Shown here one piece after another: positions 24,501-39,040 of a stretch of 64,000 bases of DNA. This DNA is from Octopus sinensis (lineage: Eukaryota). The notes below the pieces were generated by a model that was given only the letters and a program-made list of their open reading frames with translations, did not search any database and was not told the origin of the DNA. The number at the start of each line of letters is the position of its first letter. Positions within the stretch are counted from its first letter, which is position 1. The translations under genes and the position numbers were made by a program. The stretch lies in NCBI RefSeq assembly GCF_006345805.1, contig NC_043015.1:14260001-14324000 (forward strand), given 5' to 3'.

Positions 24501-27431
24501 GATTTTGGCTGTGGTCATGGTGTTTGAATGTATCAGGCTGGGTGGGGTTGTCCCTGAGATTTTTGTCTCTTTTAAAGAAGTAGTGAAATAAAAAAAAATT
24601 GGTAAGGTTACATGGTTGAAGAATAGAAACTGTAAATTACATGTGAATTTTTAATTGGTAGAAGGTAAAAGAAAGGAAATTTGATCTTTAGATGTAGGCA
24701 TGTCTCATATGAATCTGGTAGCAAAGTGGGTGGTACTGCTCCCTTGAGGGCAGTGGAAAGGTGCAAGGGGGCACTGAAGAAAAGTGGAATAATGGGGTGG
24801 CCAAAAGGGGGCGATGTTTGTAAAAAAAAAAATGGATTGATTAGGTTAAGTTTTATTTGTGAAATACAATTGTTTTGAATTTGTGGTAGTGGTTGGGGGG
24901 GGGGTAGGGATGTGGTCTGTGTGCCAAGCGGGGCAGCAGCCTGTAAAAGTTTGGGAATCACTGGCATAGATGGCAGCTCTGGCTCAGTGAAGTGTAGCCA
25001 TCTGAAGAAATGTTACATCTCTAATTTAGAGTGGAAGTCAAGACTCTTTGCTACACATCAGTGAAGATGGAGGAATTGGGAGATGAAGATAATGGATTTG
25101 GTATATGCAGGGTTACATCAAGAACCATTGGAATAATGTACTTGTACGTATATACAGATAAATGATGCCAATAGTTATAAAGATGTCTTGGAAATTGATA
25201 CCACTGCAGAGTGAAATGTTTTCATGTAGATGAAACAGTTTAATTCAGCTCTTATAAAAGAGGGAGTGTCTCTTTCACTTGTTTCAGTCATTTGACTGTG
25301 GCTATGCTGGAGTACCGCCTTTAATAGTGTCAGTGCAGTTATCAATTTAGCAATCTTGGAACTTGGGGGCAGGCTCAATGCATTAAGCAAAACCCTAGGC
25401 CTTGATATGATCTACAGAGAAATTTACATAGCTAAGTGCCCACTATTACCCCAGATTTTGTGCGGGTAAAAATTCGTAGAAAAGGAGAAACTGAGTGTGA
25501 GAATGAGTTCAACTAAGCTGAGGTTGGGGTAGTGCTGGGTTGGAATAGGGTAAGGCAGTCCAGGAAGTATTTTAAAACTGACAGGTTGCCATTACAGGGG
25601 ACAAATGTAAATAGAGGTTTCAAGTCTATGGTAAAAAGAAAGTTTTGAAAATTTAGGGACAAATGAGACAGTACTGAAGAGGTTTAGAACATAGTTGGTG
25701 TTATTAATGTAGTAATGTAAGGCAGAGACAAGGGGTAACAATGATGTACCTAAGACTACATAATCTAATGAGTTCTAGCAGTTTAATAGATACTGGTTTC
25801 TGATATTTGCACAAATAAAACAAAGTACAGCCAACCACCATACATTGTTAGTAACATGTACCAGCCTTTCACTAATTATTGTAAGTGTTTATAGAGTTGT
25901 AAGAAGATGAAATTGGCAGAGCTGTTAGAGCATTGTATAGAATGCTTCATCTTTATTCCATCTTTACCTTACATCCTTTCAGGAGCAGTAAAAAAAAGTA
26001 CCTATCCTGGGCAGCAGACAAGCAGAACTGTAAACATGTTGGATAGGATGCCTTCTGGTTTTTGTTCCAACTCTTTGTGTTCTAAATTCAAATCCTGCCA
26101 AGGCCTGTTTGGCACTGTTGGTGCCTTAAGTGGAGTTCAATCTGTTTGAAGCATTCAGGCCAGCTCTCTGGTTTAATGATATCTTCTTGTCTCCCTCTCA
26201 CCAGTCTCAGATCCCCAATAAAGAGTCATGGGCAATGCCTTCCCTCTTGACTAAAAAACAAAAAAATACTCTTGCTCTTGATCCAGAGGACATACTGGAT
26301 GTGACAACTGGAAGAAGAGAGGGCTGTACAAGAATTTGGCTGGCCCATATTACAGCTGAGTAAACTGAATCACATGAAATAAATTGCTTTGGAATTGAAT
26401 CTAGGACCCTTAAGGTGTCACATTTTGGGGAGTATGTAACTGATTAATGCCAATATTTGACTGATAATTAATTTATTAATGATATCCCCCCTCCCTCTGA
26501 ATTATTTAAGCTAGGAATGTAAATGTAACTAAATAACAAATTTTTTTTTCCAGTGATCTGATCTATTTTTTTATTGATAAAAGTTTAATTAATACATCCC
26601 TGGTATATATTCTCTTTATCCATTATTCTAGGAATTGCAAAGTTGACCCCTATGGGACCTTAATTCAGAACATAGAGAATATGTAACTAGATATTATTAT
26701 TTATTTTGATAAAGCAGCAAGCTGTCAGAATCATTGATCCACTGGACAAAACGCTTAGCAACATTTCATCCATCTTTACATTCTGAATTCAAATTCTGCC
26801 AAAATCAACCTTACCTTTTATCCTTTCAGGGTTGATGAAATAAGTAACAGCTGAGAATTAGGGTCAATGTAATTGACTAACCACTCCCCTAAAATTTCAG
26901 GCTTAATGCTTATAGTAGAAAGACTTATTTACCTTATTGCTCAAATATTTTTTCTCTCAACTCAGTCAAAAGCACAGAAATATTTATTGTATAAATTTGA
27001 GGGAGCTAGAGTGCATGCAATTTGAAATAATCTAAACTGCATTTCTTTTTCTAAAGATAACTTAAGAAATACATATGGAATCAAAATTAAAATAATGTGA
27101 AATTGAGAGTAGTAGCTAACAGAGTGTATAATAAACCGATTTTCTTCCAGGCACCAAGCTGCACAACTTTTTACTATTAGTTCCATTTTAGTTTTGTATA
27201 ATTATTGTTATGATTCACTTTGTACATACTTTATCATTTATTTAAAACAAGAAATTCTCTAGATTCTTTGCAATATCTAGCTCTATTGCATATCATGCTT
27301 CTACTAGAAGTGTTGCTAACATAACAAATTCATGTGAGCCATCTACATTTATCCCCTACAAAAAAAATAAACAGCCTTCTTTTCTAATCAAAATAAATCA
27401 TTTTAATTTTGAAATATTCTAATTATCTTAC

Positions 27432-27515
27432 CTCCAGTTCTCTCATCACTTTATCAAGAAAGTCAGTTGTGTTCAGTTTATATCCAACTGCAGCTTCAAT
27501 TGCATCAGTAAAAAG
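27432..27515 (-). CDS. RABL2: RABL2 penultimate exon: LFTDAIEAAVGYKLNTTDFLDKVMRELE
   Basis: Minus-strand cttttattatttag acceptor, gtaaga donor, 84 nt, phase 0-0. Matches human LFNDAIRLAVSYKQNSQDFMDEIFQELE. Confidence 0.93.
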
Positions 27516-30500
27516 CTAAATAATAAAAGAGCAATAAGATTCTGAGTTTAAAACGTAGAAAAATTGCTTTTACACAGAAATGTTATTTTGGGATATTAAG
27601 GGCCTTCTTCTTCTTCTTATTATTATTATTATTATTATCACCATCATCATCATTAATACACTGGACAAAATGCTTAGCAGCATTTCATCCATCCTTATGT
27701 TCTGAGTTCAAATTCTACCAAAGTCAACTTTACCTTTTATTTTGGGAGCGGGGTTGATAAGATAAGTACCAGTTGAACACTGGGGTTGATGTAACTACCT
27801 AGCCCCATCCCTCCAAATATTTCAGGCCTTATACCTATAGTAGAAAGAATGGGAGTGTACCAAATATGAGAGCCTTCTGCAGGATTGCAGGGAGAAAGGA
27901 TAGCAGTTATGGCTTTTCCCAGTTGAGGCTGGCTTTAGGGTATTCCCTGCTCAGTCGGCATGGAGGATGCTTATAGCCATTGGAATGAGAGGAAAGGAGC
28001 AAAGGGTGGCTGTGCACAGGATGGGAGAGGCAGCTGAAAGAGCATCTTGTTGGCTTTGGAGCAAGAGCAAAGAGTTAAGCTGGAAGCCAGGAGGAGCAGT
28101 GACTTGACCACCTCTGCTGACCCACCAATGGGAGGGTGTTATGGTTCAGGGTTGAAACACCCAACGAACATTGAATACCATCTCTTCCTCCTGGCTAAAG
28201 TTCTGTTCACTTTGGTGAATGGAAAAAGGACCTCCTTATGGTGTTATTAACATTATTATTATTATTATTAGTGCTTCTCATAGTGTAAAGATGTCTCTTC
28301 TATTTCTCTCTGAGACATAACTTTATTTAAGCACTATCAAGTGAAAATTTTTCTGGGAGTGCTTGGTGTAAAAGATTTTATCTGAAAACAATTTGCCCCA
28401 ATACCCAGGAGTAGATCCACCCCCACTCCCCTGATGGATTGCTTTTATGCACTTTATTCATTTACACATTTTGGTTACATTTTGCATCAGAATCTTTGAC
28501 AGATATGCCCACTATACAAAGCAAAATATTACAACAAACAATATACAAAAAGACAGCAAAAAAACTGCACCACAGAATGAATAAAAATAAGAAAATAATG
28601 AACATTTTAATTAATAAAAAGAAAAATACTTCAAACAGTTTAACAAATAATTTTGAAGAGTAATAACTGAAGCAACACTTGCACAGAAACAAACATGTTA
28701 AATGATTCATATAGATGCTGTGTTAAAGCTAGTTTTACCTAGAAAATGAAGTTAGTTGAGAGAATTTTGTAAAACCAGATAGTGCCTTTTTGCTATAGGA
28801 TCTAATCCGAAAGAAAGCAAAGAAAAAAATATAATATATCTATGTTTAAAAAAGAAGATGGCTATTGAAGCATCAATTAGAACAAACACAACATGAAATT
28901 TCAGAAGAAATTCTCTCATTTAAGTTAAAGAGTACTGTCTGCTTTACTTTCAAGAATGAAAACTTAGCAAAAACACTAGCTGAAATAGTTAGAAATACCT
29001 CTGTGCATGTACTTTACCTCAGTACATGGGGGAAAGAAATAGAAGGGTGACGAGAAAGATCATTAGAAATGATGTGGATCCATAGCTGGTGGTTACTTTT
29101 GTATTGCAGATGGATGGATGGTTAGAACTCATATGAGAAGCAACATGTTCATTGGGTGTCAAAATGGATTTGTAAGACCTAATGGTCTCCAAAGGCCACA
29201 GGGCCATACCAATGTTGTGCCAAGTTGAGGGCAATAAGACAAAAGGTATGACAAATGGTGCAAGGGAAAAGGCCTTGTTGCTACCTGTGTTGTTGAAGAA
29301 CAGGGAAAATTAGGATTGAAAACAAGAAAGGAAAGCAGCAATCTCTAGTTTCAAGAGTACTGTCAGTCATAATTGCAAGAATAGCAAAGGAGATCATCTT
29401 ATGCCTAGTCATAGAAACAAATGAACTGACTCCCAATCCCATAAGGATAGCAACCAGTAGCCCCACTCCATTGCATGAAGAAGAAGAGATAATGGTTACA
29501 AAGGAAAGTATTCAAACTATAATGGGGAAACAGAAAATGATAAAAGAAAGTCATCAGCAACCTCTTTAAAATAATAACGATGGCCCTCCTCAGAGCAATA
29601 ATGAAATTAACGAAGAGGAAGACAATAAGTAAACCAACAGCTAATACACAAAATCACATACTTATGGTGCCATAGATATTCCATTGATGTTAAAATGACA
29701 GAGGTGCAGTTGGGTTGGGATATATAGGAGACACACAAAGGACAGATTGTTGGTTAAAACAATACAGAAATTTCAACAAACTGAAACAGTGTTATCTTGA
29801 AGACTTGGATTATTATCTATCCCAACCAACTCAAAAAAAAAGAAGAAAAGCCATTAATAAGTGCCTTCAGATGAAAAAGACAGTAGTACAAGTAATGGTA
29901 GGCAGATAGAGGCTCTAGCTCAACCTACCCACTAGTTTTCTCTTCCATGTACGAATGAGAACTCAAAATAATTTTTTTGTTTTATTTCCTTTTAACTAAT
30001 ATTAACTATATCATTTTAATTATTGTGTGTTTTATTATGCATCTTTATTTATTCCATGTAAATATTTATGCTTTATAAATTTTCAATTCATCCGCTGATG
30101 AAAGATGTTATCCATGGTAACATCTTTCACCCCATCCTTCATCATTGTATAACTTATCCATCTCACCTCACATATCTTTGTAAATACTGTTTAACACTCC
30201 TTTGTTTATTTGTGTATCACTTTGAGCCCTTGTGGCTAATAAAGAAAAAATTATCTTATTATTGCAGTTGTTTTCGTCATTATAGTATAAGGTAGAGTAG
30301 GAAATGATGATGTCTGTCCTATTTTGAGAGCGTTAGTCAAGTGAATTAACTTTAATCTGGCACGGAAACTACATGCTTCTTGGTCAGAGAGAAATTTGGT
30401 TTCATCATCATCATCATCATTTAACTGGCATAGGTTAGATGGTTTGACCAGGGCTGGCAAGCTGCAGTTTTACTTGGCTTAATGGGTCTTCTTCTCCAGC

Positions 30501-32224
30501 ACAACATAATGCCAAATGGACTCGGTCATTGCCTCCATGAAACCCAATGCTCGAAGCCTGGCATAATGCCAAATGGTCTTGGTCCTTGCTTCCATGAGGT
30601 CCAACACTCAAAAGGTGCTTTTACAGGCCACCAGCACAAGTGCCGTTTGCATGACACCGATATCTGTCATAACTATGATTTTACTTGGCTTGTTGGGTCT
30701 TCTTCTTAAGCACAACATAATGCCAAAGGTCTCAGTCATTGCATCTGTAAAATCGTGGCCATCCATACATAGAGGCATGTCCTTTGTGGCTGTGCCCCCA
30801 CTCCCTCTCCCAGCTGAGAGGTTTTTGCTTTGCAGGTATCAGTGCCACATAAAATGCACTCATGCCAGTGCCATGTGGAATACAATCATGCTGGTGCCAC
30901 ATAAAAGTACTCATAGCGGTAGCATGTAAAAAGCAACCAGCACATTCTGTAGAGTGGTTGGTGATAAGAAGGGCTTCCAGCTGCAGAAACTATGCCAAAA
31001 CAGACAATTGGAACCTGGCCAGCTCCAGTCAACCATCCAACCCATGCTCGTATGGAAAACAGACATTAAATGATGATAAAGGGTATGTTGTATCTTCAAA
31101 GCTAGAGTTAATAGGTCAAAAGCTGGTGATATTCTTGCCCCAGATATACACAAGAATAAGTTTAACTAATGTATTGCTAATTAAAAGCAGTCAAAGTTGT
31201 TTTCAAATATGTTACACATGAACAACGTAGGACTGGGCTACACAAGAACAGTATATTAACATCTTTAAACAAAAGCTATATATACATGACTTTGTACAAA
31301 AATAGGTCACATGAATAGATGATAAGTTATGATACAGTCTTGACATTTTCAAACAAATGCTCTTAATACTTATTAGCAGTGCTCTGTAACTAAGGACAAG
31401 ATATTTCATTTATGTTAATTTCTTGACAACATCAAATATTAATTCTCTCCAGGCTATCTTTTATCTCTCACTGGTTTCAATCATTAGACTACAGCCATGC
31501 TGGGTCACCACCTTGAAGAAATTTTACTCGAATGAATCAACCCCAGTACTTGTTTTTTAAGTCTGGTACTTGTTCTATCAGTCACTTTTGCTGAACTGCC
31601 AAGTTACAGGATGTAAACACACCAACACTAGTTGTCTAGTGGTGGTGGTGGTGGTGGTGGTGGGAGGGACAAACATAGACACAAAGACAAGCACATACAC
31701 ACACATAAATATATGACCTGTCTATGACTATGACTTTGGGGTGTTTTAAGAGCTGACGCTTTCAGAGATTCATCTCCACCACGTCAAATCACAGCCAACT
31801 GGCAAACAAACAAAGCACATACATTCAGTGTTCAATAATGTTTACAACACTCACACTGCTTCTAATTCATATTTGCCTCTATTCCTATGTATGCATTGTT
31901 TGGGAATAGCAACAGATGATTTTTACCCATTTTTACATATAATCATGGTGAGGCTATTCAATTTGCTTTCAGGTTGGTTCAAGTACATGGCATTGATAAG
32001 TCACAAAAACAGTGAAACATTGAAATCCATTGCTCCTGAATGGGACTAAAGGTGAGTTGTCTCATCTGTCTAAGACTATGACTTACAGGTGCTCTAACAC
32101 CTGGTGCTTCAAGAGAGTCATCTCTACTGCATCAAATCAGAAACAACCGGTGAACAAGCAATGCACATACATTGGGTATGTCTGTTCAATTAAAGAAGAC
32201 CCTTATCATATATATAAATATATA

Positions 32225-32410
32225 GGGGGAGAATTCACAAAAAAACAAAAGACGAAGACAGGTGGTGTAAACAACAAACAGATGTATTAGTATAAAGCTC
32301 GGGAAGTGAAAAAGTCTTTAACGTTTCAAGCCTACACTCTTCCACAGAAAGGAACACAAAGAAACAAGGAGAGAAAATAAAGAACATGTAGTGGCTAGCG
32401 ATCTATCATG
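32225..32410 (-). mobile_element. Penelope-associated terminal repeat with hammerhead-like motif (32316-32351)
   Basis: Minus strand reads CTTT-CTGTGGA-A-GAG-tgtagg-CTT-GAAA-CG-TT-AAAG. Confidence 0.6.
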
Positions 32411-35400
32411 GCGACGACAATAGTCTTCCTTCAGCTTCTATCTATGAAATCCATTCACAAGGCTTCGGTTAGCCTGAGGTTATAGTAGTAGACACTTGCC
32501 CATGCAGTGGGACTGAACCCAGAACCATGTGGTTCTTATACAAGCTTCTTACACACAGCCTGAGTTATTTTTTCATTTATTTTTATAGGTCTTTACTTTC
32601 ATTGTTATAGTCTGGAGAGAGCAGTTGTGCTATCCATGAATCATGAAACTGATGTGGGCAAGTCAACTAATACAGAAAAGATATGAAGAAATGGAATTCT
32701 AGAGAGGAATGGCTACATACAGTGATTAACATGGGTCTGTTAAGACAATACTGGTGACAACAAGAAGGGAAAAGTGAGTTGGAAATACTTGGATGAGACA
32801 GCATAAGTTCAGCCAGTTCCAAACAGTAGAAACCAGAAACCACTGCTGTAGAGAAGGGAGATAAAGTAATCATTCAAGTAACTTTCCTTTGAATGTTGTC
32901 AAGGTGTCTATAAGTGTGGCAACAGCACCATTCTAAATGTTGGAGTAGTACTCCATTGTGGAGTACTTGCACTTTGTAGAGAGTTAGTAGCTATTGAGAG
33001 CTGGAATATTTTCTGATTCTGAACAAAAGGCCGGTTTTTATGAAGCAGTTTTGGCTATGGTGAGGATGTGCATTCACCAAGTAAGATCCTCAGTGATAAT
33101 GAACCCTAGCATTTATAGCAGTCATAAGAATTCTTGTTGCATGTTGTTCATGTTTAGTGAAATGAGGTGTAATAATGTGTGTGTGCATGTTTTTCCAAAA
33201 TGGTTTTGGTGGGGTATATAATCCTAGTGGGTTCCAAGTTAATCCTCACTTGGTAAATCCAAATGTCCTTATAAGGACTGCATGGTTTCCATAAGGTCCT
33301 GGTAGGGTATAAATGTAGGGCGTTTCCAAAGCAGCACCCAACCTGAGTTCTGGGCTACCTTCAGATGTAGAAAATCCTGGTTTCATGATGGTAAAACTCT
33401 GTGCATGCGTGTGTGTGAATTGTGTCACTGTATTGTTGAAGAAGATAAGATTGCATGAAGTTTTCAAAGCTTCTGTTTATAGTTTCAATGTGGATTTGGC
33501 ATGGGGTGTTCAGGATTCATCTGGATAATGCTTGAGTGTGAAAAATATTTAGTAAAGAATAGAAAGGGCAATATCAAGTGTGTATGAGTAAACATTGTTG
33601 AATATAACAACAAATGGTCAAAATCAAGACTTGAGGAACAACAGAGTTAATAAACTATGGATAAGAGGGAGATCCATCAGTATATTCAACAATAGTGCAA
33701 CTTAACAGGAAGCCACTGGTATGAGAGATGACAGATAGCACCTATAAGCAAGCAATTTTATCAAGAGTTTCGTTATGTCAGACAGTCAAAAGTCTTGCTA
33801 TGGTGAGTGTGAAACACTCTTTTCACCAAATTCCTTTCACCAAAAGCCTTTAGTATTCAGATTATTCAGTCAAATGTAATGTTTACTTATTCCCATTGTT
33901 TTTAATTAATTATACAATATCGCATAGCTTTCAGATTTTGATGATGTGACTGTTTAGTTTAAAAATAATATTACAGGGCAAGGTATAAGAGGTCAGATCT
34001 GGTTGGCTTGAACATATAGCAGGTGGAATATTTTGGTTGGATATGGCCAGTTCTATATGCTAAAAGATTAAGGATGGGCGCCATCTAGTGACTGATATTG
34101 GAGAGTATGTTTCCAAAAATGTGGCTCTATGAAAGCTGAATGGAAGTATAAATGTCTTACTACCCTCCTCAAAGTAATTTGGTGGCTCTGTAAAGGTGAA
34201 CTGCAACAGTAATCTTTCATACTCTTTCCCATCACAAACAGGGTTAAGTAAACTTATGCTTTGGTCTCAAAGCTATTTGCAATGTTCCTTACTCTAACAA
34301 TGAGAGAAACTAAGTAAAAACAAAAAAAAAAAATTATAACATACTCTCTAATAGTTCTGAGTTGAAATGCAAAGAAACATGACTTTTCTATTCATTCAAA
34401 AATGTCAGTCATAAGTACATATGACTCTGTCAGGGTACGAAGTCTGGGTTAAGTGTAGTTCACACGCTTGCATGAAATTAACTTTTGACTTTTCTCAACT
34501 ACCTAAACGTAATGAAAATTTGGCTTCATTTAAAAACAGAGGAAAAACCAGAACATTAACATCTTGAATGTTAGATATATTTACTCATTATATCTACTGG
34601 TAAATGTATTTACTCATTAAACAAACTAACACTCATTGAATGAATTTTACCATGCATGGATTACATTCTATCACTGTAGTCTTTAAAGTAGTGAACTAGA
34701 AAGCCATCCTTATACAAAGAATAACTACTATAGGCTTGCACAATACTTGCTAGAAGTTATAAGTAGGTTGATTATGAACAATACAGAAAAATACTCTCCT
34801 TCAAACAATAACATACAAAATAAAAGCTAGGCACACTGAAGATAGAAAGACTACAGCACAAGAGAAAATGAGAAGAAAACAATGCATAAAGTGAAAGATG
34901 CTCAATGATTGATAATCTATTAAAACCAACTCAAAGAAAATTTATTTGTCTCTGCATATGTTGGAAAGAGAAACATTAATTTACATAATCACTGAATGTG
35001 ATTAATGTCTATCCAGTACTAGCGTAATAGCAAAGCAAGTGAAAACAGAATGTACAGTGAATATCAAAAGGTAATAAACTACCAGGTGTTGACAATATAA
35101 TCACAGGATTGTTAAACAGACAGTTAAGGAAGCTATTTCCATTGGATGATAAATATGCCAACACTTGTGGATGAGAGTTTAAAAAAAAATTACTGTAAGC
35201 ATGCACCAAAATGTGTAGAGTTTACAATACTTTCAGCAAATTGAAAAGTTATTGAAGTATAAAGCATCTCAAGAAAAGTTAAATGTTGAAAGTATAAGCA
35301 GAGACAGTAGCAGCATAGTACAGTATAAATGGCTGAAGAAAACATAAATAAATTATCTCTTTTGATGGAATTAACAAGGAGCTATAAACTGTAGAGGAAG

Positions 35401-35742
35401 TCCAATTAAGGATACTTTGTGTGCGTGTGTATGTGTATACATATACATGTATATATGAGGGTGCATGGTTTAGTTGTTAGGGGTTTTGGACTCATGATCA
35501 CTAGATTGTGATTTCAATTTCTAGACCAGATAGTGCATTGTGTTCTCGAGCAACATATTTCATTTCATGTTGCTCTACGATCACTTCAACACCTGACTCA
35601 TAGTGCACCTGTTCAGATGTCAACTAGATGGAGAGAGTGAGCTGATGTGCAGCATGAGCATTTCATCACTATAAACTAATCATTTGTGCAGGTCGTTTGG
35701 CAAAAGCTGAATGCTCATATTTAGTCTTTGTTGAGAGTCAGT

Positions 35743-35780
<38 letters not shown>

Positions 35781-36315
35781 TCATCATTATCATCATCATC
35801 ATTGTTTAACGTCTGCTTTCCATGCTAGCATGGGTTGGACGATTTGACTGCGGTCTGGCGAACCAGATGGCTGCACCAGACTCCAATCTGATCTGGCAGA
35901 GTTACTACTGCTGGATGCCCTTCCTAACACCAACCACTCTGAGAGTGTAGTGGGGGCAGTGTTGGCAACGGACACATTCAAATGGTGCTTTTTATGTGCC
36001 ACCTGTACACGAGCCAGTCCAGCGGCACTGGCAACAACCTCGCTCAAATGTTTTTGCACGTGCCACTAGCACAAATGCCAGTAAGGCGACACAGGTAACG
36101 ATCACACTCAACGTGCCATCGGCATGGAGGCCAGCTTGTTGCTCTGGCAACGATCACGCTCATATGGTACTCCTAGTCCTCTACTTATGTTTTATATGTT
36201 ATGTTTGTTTCAGTTGTGGTAAACAGTAGATTAACTTCCTTGTTTCTAGTCTTTGAATTTTAATAGTGGTTTGCCCTGTAAAAATAAATTTGATATTTCT
36301 TTAACTCTTTCTTAC

Positions 36316-38050
36316 CAATTTGAAAATATCAGTGGCAGCCTAATAGTACTTGTAACTCAGAGCTACAAAATCTTCATGTACATCATCTATTATCGAGCAT
36401 CTGGCACACTTATTAACTGCCAATATAGATTCACTTCCACTTTCAGCTTTAAAAAGCACAAAAGCATTACTGACCAACATTGAATTAAACCAGAAAAGAA
36501 ACTGTAAAAGTTTCTGTATAAGACCAAAGATGGAAATTGCTCCAGTGCATCTTTCCACAGTACATACACCTACCAAATTAAGGAAGTATGTGGCAAATGG
36601 AATGTAATGGACAAGATGACCAATACTGAAAATGTACACTTGAAGCACTTTATAGCATTTTAACATAATTAGATGTATTATGATAAGGCTGTCTTCTTAA
36701 AATTAGTCACATCAATTCCAGTTTGTTCAAAGAATTTCAAGACAAATTTGACAAAATGTTTCTCAGAATTTGCTATGAAAATAAATGTAATAAAACATTC
36801 AATGATCTTATTTTCTAACAGTGAATAATTATAGTTAGCTGATCAATGTGAGACATGGCTGATGTTGAATCAACACTTAGAGAAAAGTTTTTGTCTTCCC
36901 TGATTTCTTCTACAAAGGTTTTGCAATACTTTGTTTTTCATAATACCTATGAATTCCTCAGATATTTTAAAAATTAGATACGATGCTTGTCTTCATCCTT
37001 GATTAATGTATTTGTTAACTGAAGACAAAGAAGAAGAATCATATTCAGTCAGTAATTCAAATATCCCAATGTAGTAGTTGCCATTTTGTACTTTTTTAAC
37101 ACCATGGAAGGCTAATCCATGAAATGAGAGAAACTTTACAGCTGAAACTTCTCCCTAGTATTCATTTTCATTTATCAATTGGATACTCCAGTGTTTAAAC
37201 AATCCCCCCCAAGTGCATTTCATCTACTAATCCATGTCATCATATAGAAAGCCATGTTACCATACAGGTCCACTGTCCAGAACTGTTTTCATGTTCTGTA
37301 GTCCCTGTAGAGGATGTTTGCAGTCTGAAAATCAGCTGAAGGAAAATCGGGCTTTTGATTCATGGACACAAGCAAAACTATACATTTCTTTTTAAGGAAG
37401 AATACAAAAGCTATTCCTTTTTAATATTCTCACCAGATAGATATGTTTTAAATGACTGAAAAACAATTCTCTTTTCTTATCAGAGTATTGTCTTTCATAT
37501 AAAGGAATATCATCATTATGGTGCTGACATTCCAAGAGACTTTGTTTACAGCAAAAGTCACGTACACCTCTTCTAAAATATTTGTGTCTGTTCACAAACT
37601 AAAGTCATGTTGATACTCAAATTCCAGGTTATTTTTCTTATGAACAAACTTAGGCTGCTCAAACATGGAAAAGGAAGCTCAAGTTGTCTCTGTTGATCCA
37701 ACAAATGGAAAAGGAAGCTCAAGTTGTCTCTGTTGATCCAACAAATCAACTGAGAACTCAGTCTGCCTTTTTTTATGTTGCCTTTAAATTAATTGCATTT
37801 GTTATCTTCTCTCTCTGTGGCTCTATTACTGTCTGGTATTTGAACCCAAAATTAGCAAGTCTGGAAATTTACTGAGAAGTTCTCCATGCTTCCACATCTT
37901 TCAATGTTGTCATTTAATTTTGATCTATTGTCAAACACTTTTCCAATATGATTAAACCAAAAGGATGAAAAAATTGCTAAGAACTGTTTTAAGGGAAATC
38001 ATATTGTGAAAAAGATGATATATGCTTCAGGCCATAATGTTTAATGAAGG
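36316..38050 (-). mobile_element. Decayed hAT transposase (ZMYM1/ZBED-like)
   Basis: Minus-strand peptides: zinc-finger-like region (ORF 37392..37595), GLAF.GVKKVQNGNY..IFELLTEYD, and FLNLVGVCTVERCTGAISIFGLIQKL (ORF 36340..36666), matching the hAT CxxHxLNL region. Many stops. Confidence 0.8.
37665..37746. repeat. Exact 40-bp tandem duplication inside the hAT remnant
   Basis: atggaaaaggaagctcaagttgtctctgttgatccaacaa occurs twice in a row. Confidence 0.95.
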
Positions 38051-38413
38051 AGAATTCAATTCTATGCATGAATCACTTGGTTTCAGTTCACTTATTATTT
38101 GCATATCAAGTTATTTGTTATTATACCAATAATGTACAATTTATTAAAAAAAAAAATTAACAAAAACGTGTAGCATCAACCCATTTGGTCCAAACCCCAT
38201 AATTTACCATGACTGGAAAGCTTATAAAACATACTATCAGAATAAGCAAGTTTCCATTTAGACATTTTTTTTCACTATAAAACAAAAAAATTTCCAATTT
38301 TCAACAGAAACAGAACAATTTACATTGGTTTCAGTGCTTAGCCTCAAATCATTGTTAGACTTAACAGGCAGAATTATTGAGTTTAATAATAGTGATTAAG
38401 GCAGTTTAAACAA

Positions 38414-38797
38414 TGGCAAAATGCACATCCTTAAAGCTGAACTAAATTTAGTCTTCATTAAGAAACAGTAAAATGAAAATGCTTAACAATAAAGGTAAGG
38501 TTCTATATTTAAGAGATGAGGAATTATGTACATTATTTACATTTGATGGATATTTGTCCTCATCTTGTTTGTTGTTAACACAACGTTTTGGCTGATATAC
38601 CCTCCTGGCAAAATGCACATCCTTAAAGCTGAACTAAATTTAGTCTTCATTAAGAAACAGTAAAATGAAAATGCTTAACAATAAAGGTAAGGTTCTATAT
38701 TTAAGAGATGAGGAATTATGTACATTATTTACATTTGATGGATATTTGTCCTCATCTTGTTTGTTGTTAACACAACGTTTTGGCTGATATACCCTCC
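38414..38797. repeat. Exact 192-bp tandem duplication (38414-38605, 38606-38797)
   Basis: Both units start tggcaaaatgcacatcc and end ggctgatataccctcc. Confidence 0.92.
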
Positions 38798-39040
38798 AGT
38801 CTTCATCACAGGCATATAGCGTGGTTAAGAGTGCAGGCTACTAACCCCAAGATTCTGAGTTCGATTCCAGGCAGTGACCTGAATAATAATAATAACATCG
38901 AAAAATGCCTTAGGAATAAGAACCGAGGTTCGAAATTTCCCCAAAACACCTGATGAAGGCTGGAGGGTATATCAGCCGAAACATTGTGTTAACAACAAAC
39001 AAGATGAGGACAAATATCCATCAATTGTAAATAATGTAAA
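38711..39040 (+). mobile_element. Composite element: inverted truncated terminus (38711-38808) + tRNA-derived head (38811-38870) + hammerhead-like motif + Penelope-type tail
   Basis: B-box gttcgattcc and degenerate A-box in the head; ~95-nt arms are reverse complements; CTGATGA...GAAA core at 38950-38981. Confidence 0.75.
38945..38990 (+). ncRNA. Minimal type I hammerhead ribozyme-like motif
   Basis: AACAC-CTGATGA-A-GGCTG-loop-CAGCC-GAAA-CA-TT-GTGTT: perfect 5-bp stem I and 5-bp stem II with canonical CUGAUGA and GAAA. The inverted copy keeps CG instead of CA. Confidence 0.6.

Noticed and set aside
28735-28760. Minus-strand ctaac-ttcattttctag|gtaaaa, a possible recursive splice site in the 35-kb intron
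   Set aside because: Weak regenerated donor, located in a probable retroelement relic and only ~1.2 kb from the true acceptor.
28440-30250. Purine-rich stretch with faint zinc-knuckle-like codons (~29170-29290)
   Set aside because: Looks like a heavily decayed retroelement ORF1, but stops occur in all frames and I cannot assign a family.
38811-38870. Possible tRNA gene; likewise heads at 9594, 52755, 57412, 60362
   Set aside because: A/B-box-like motifs are present, but acceptor stems are incomplete and each continues into a repeat body. These are SINE heads.
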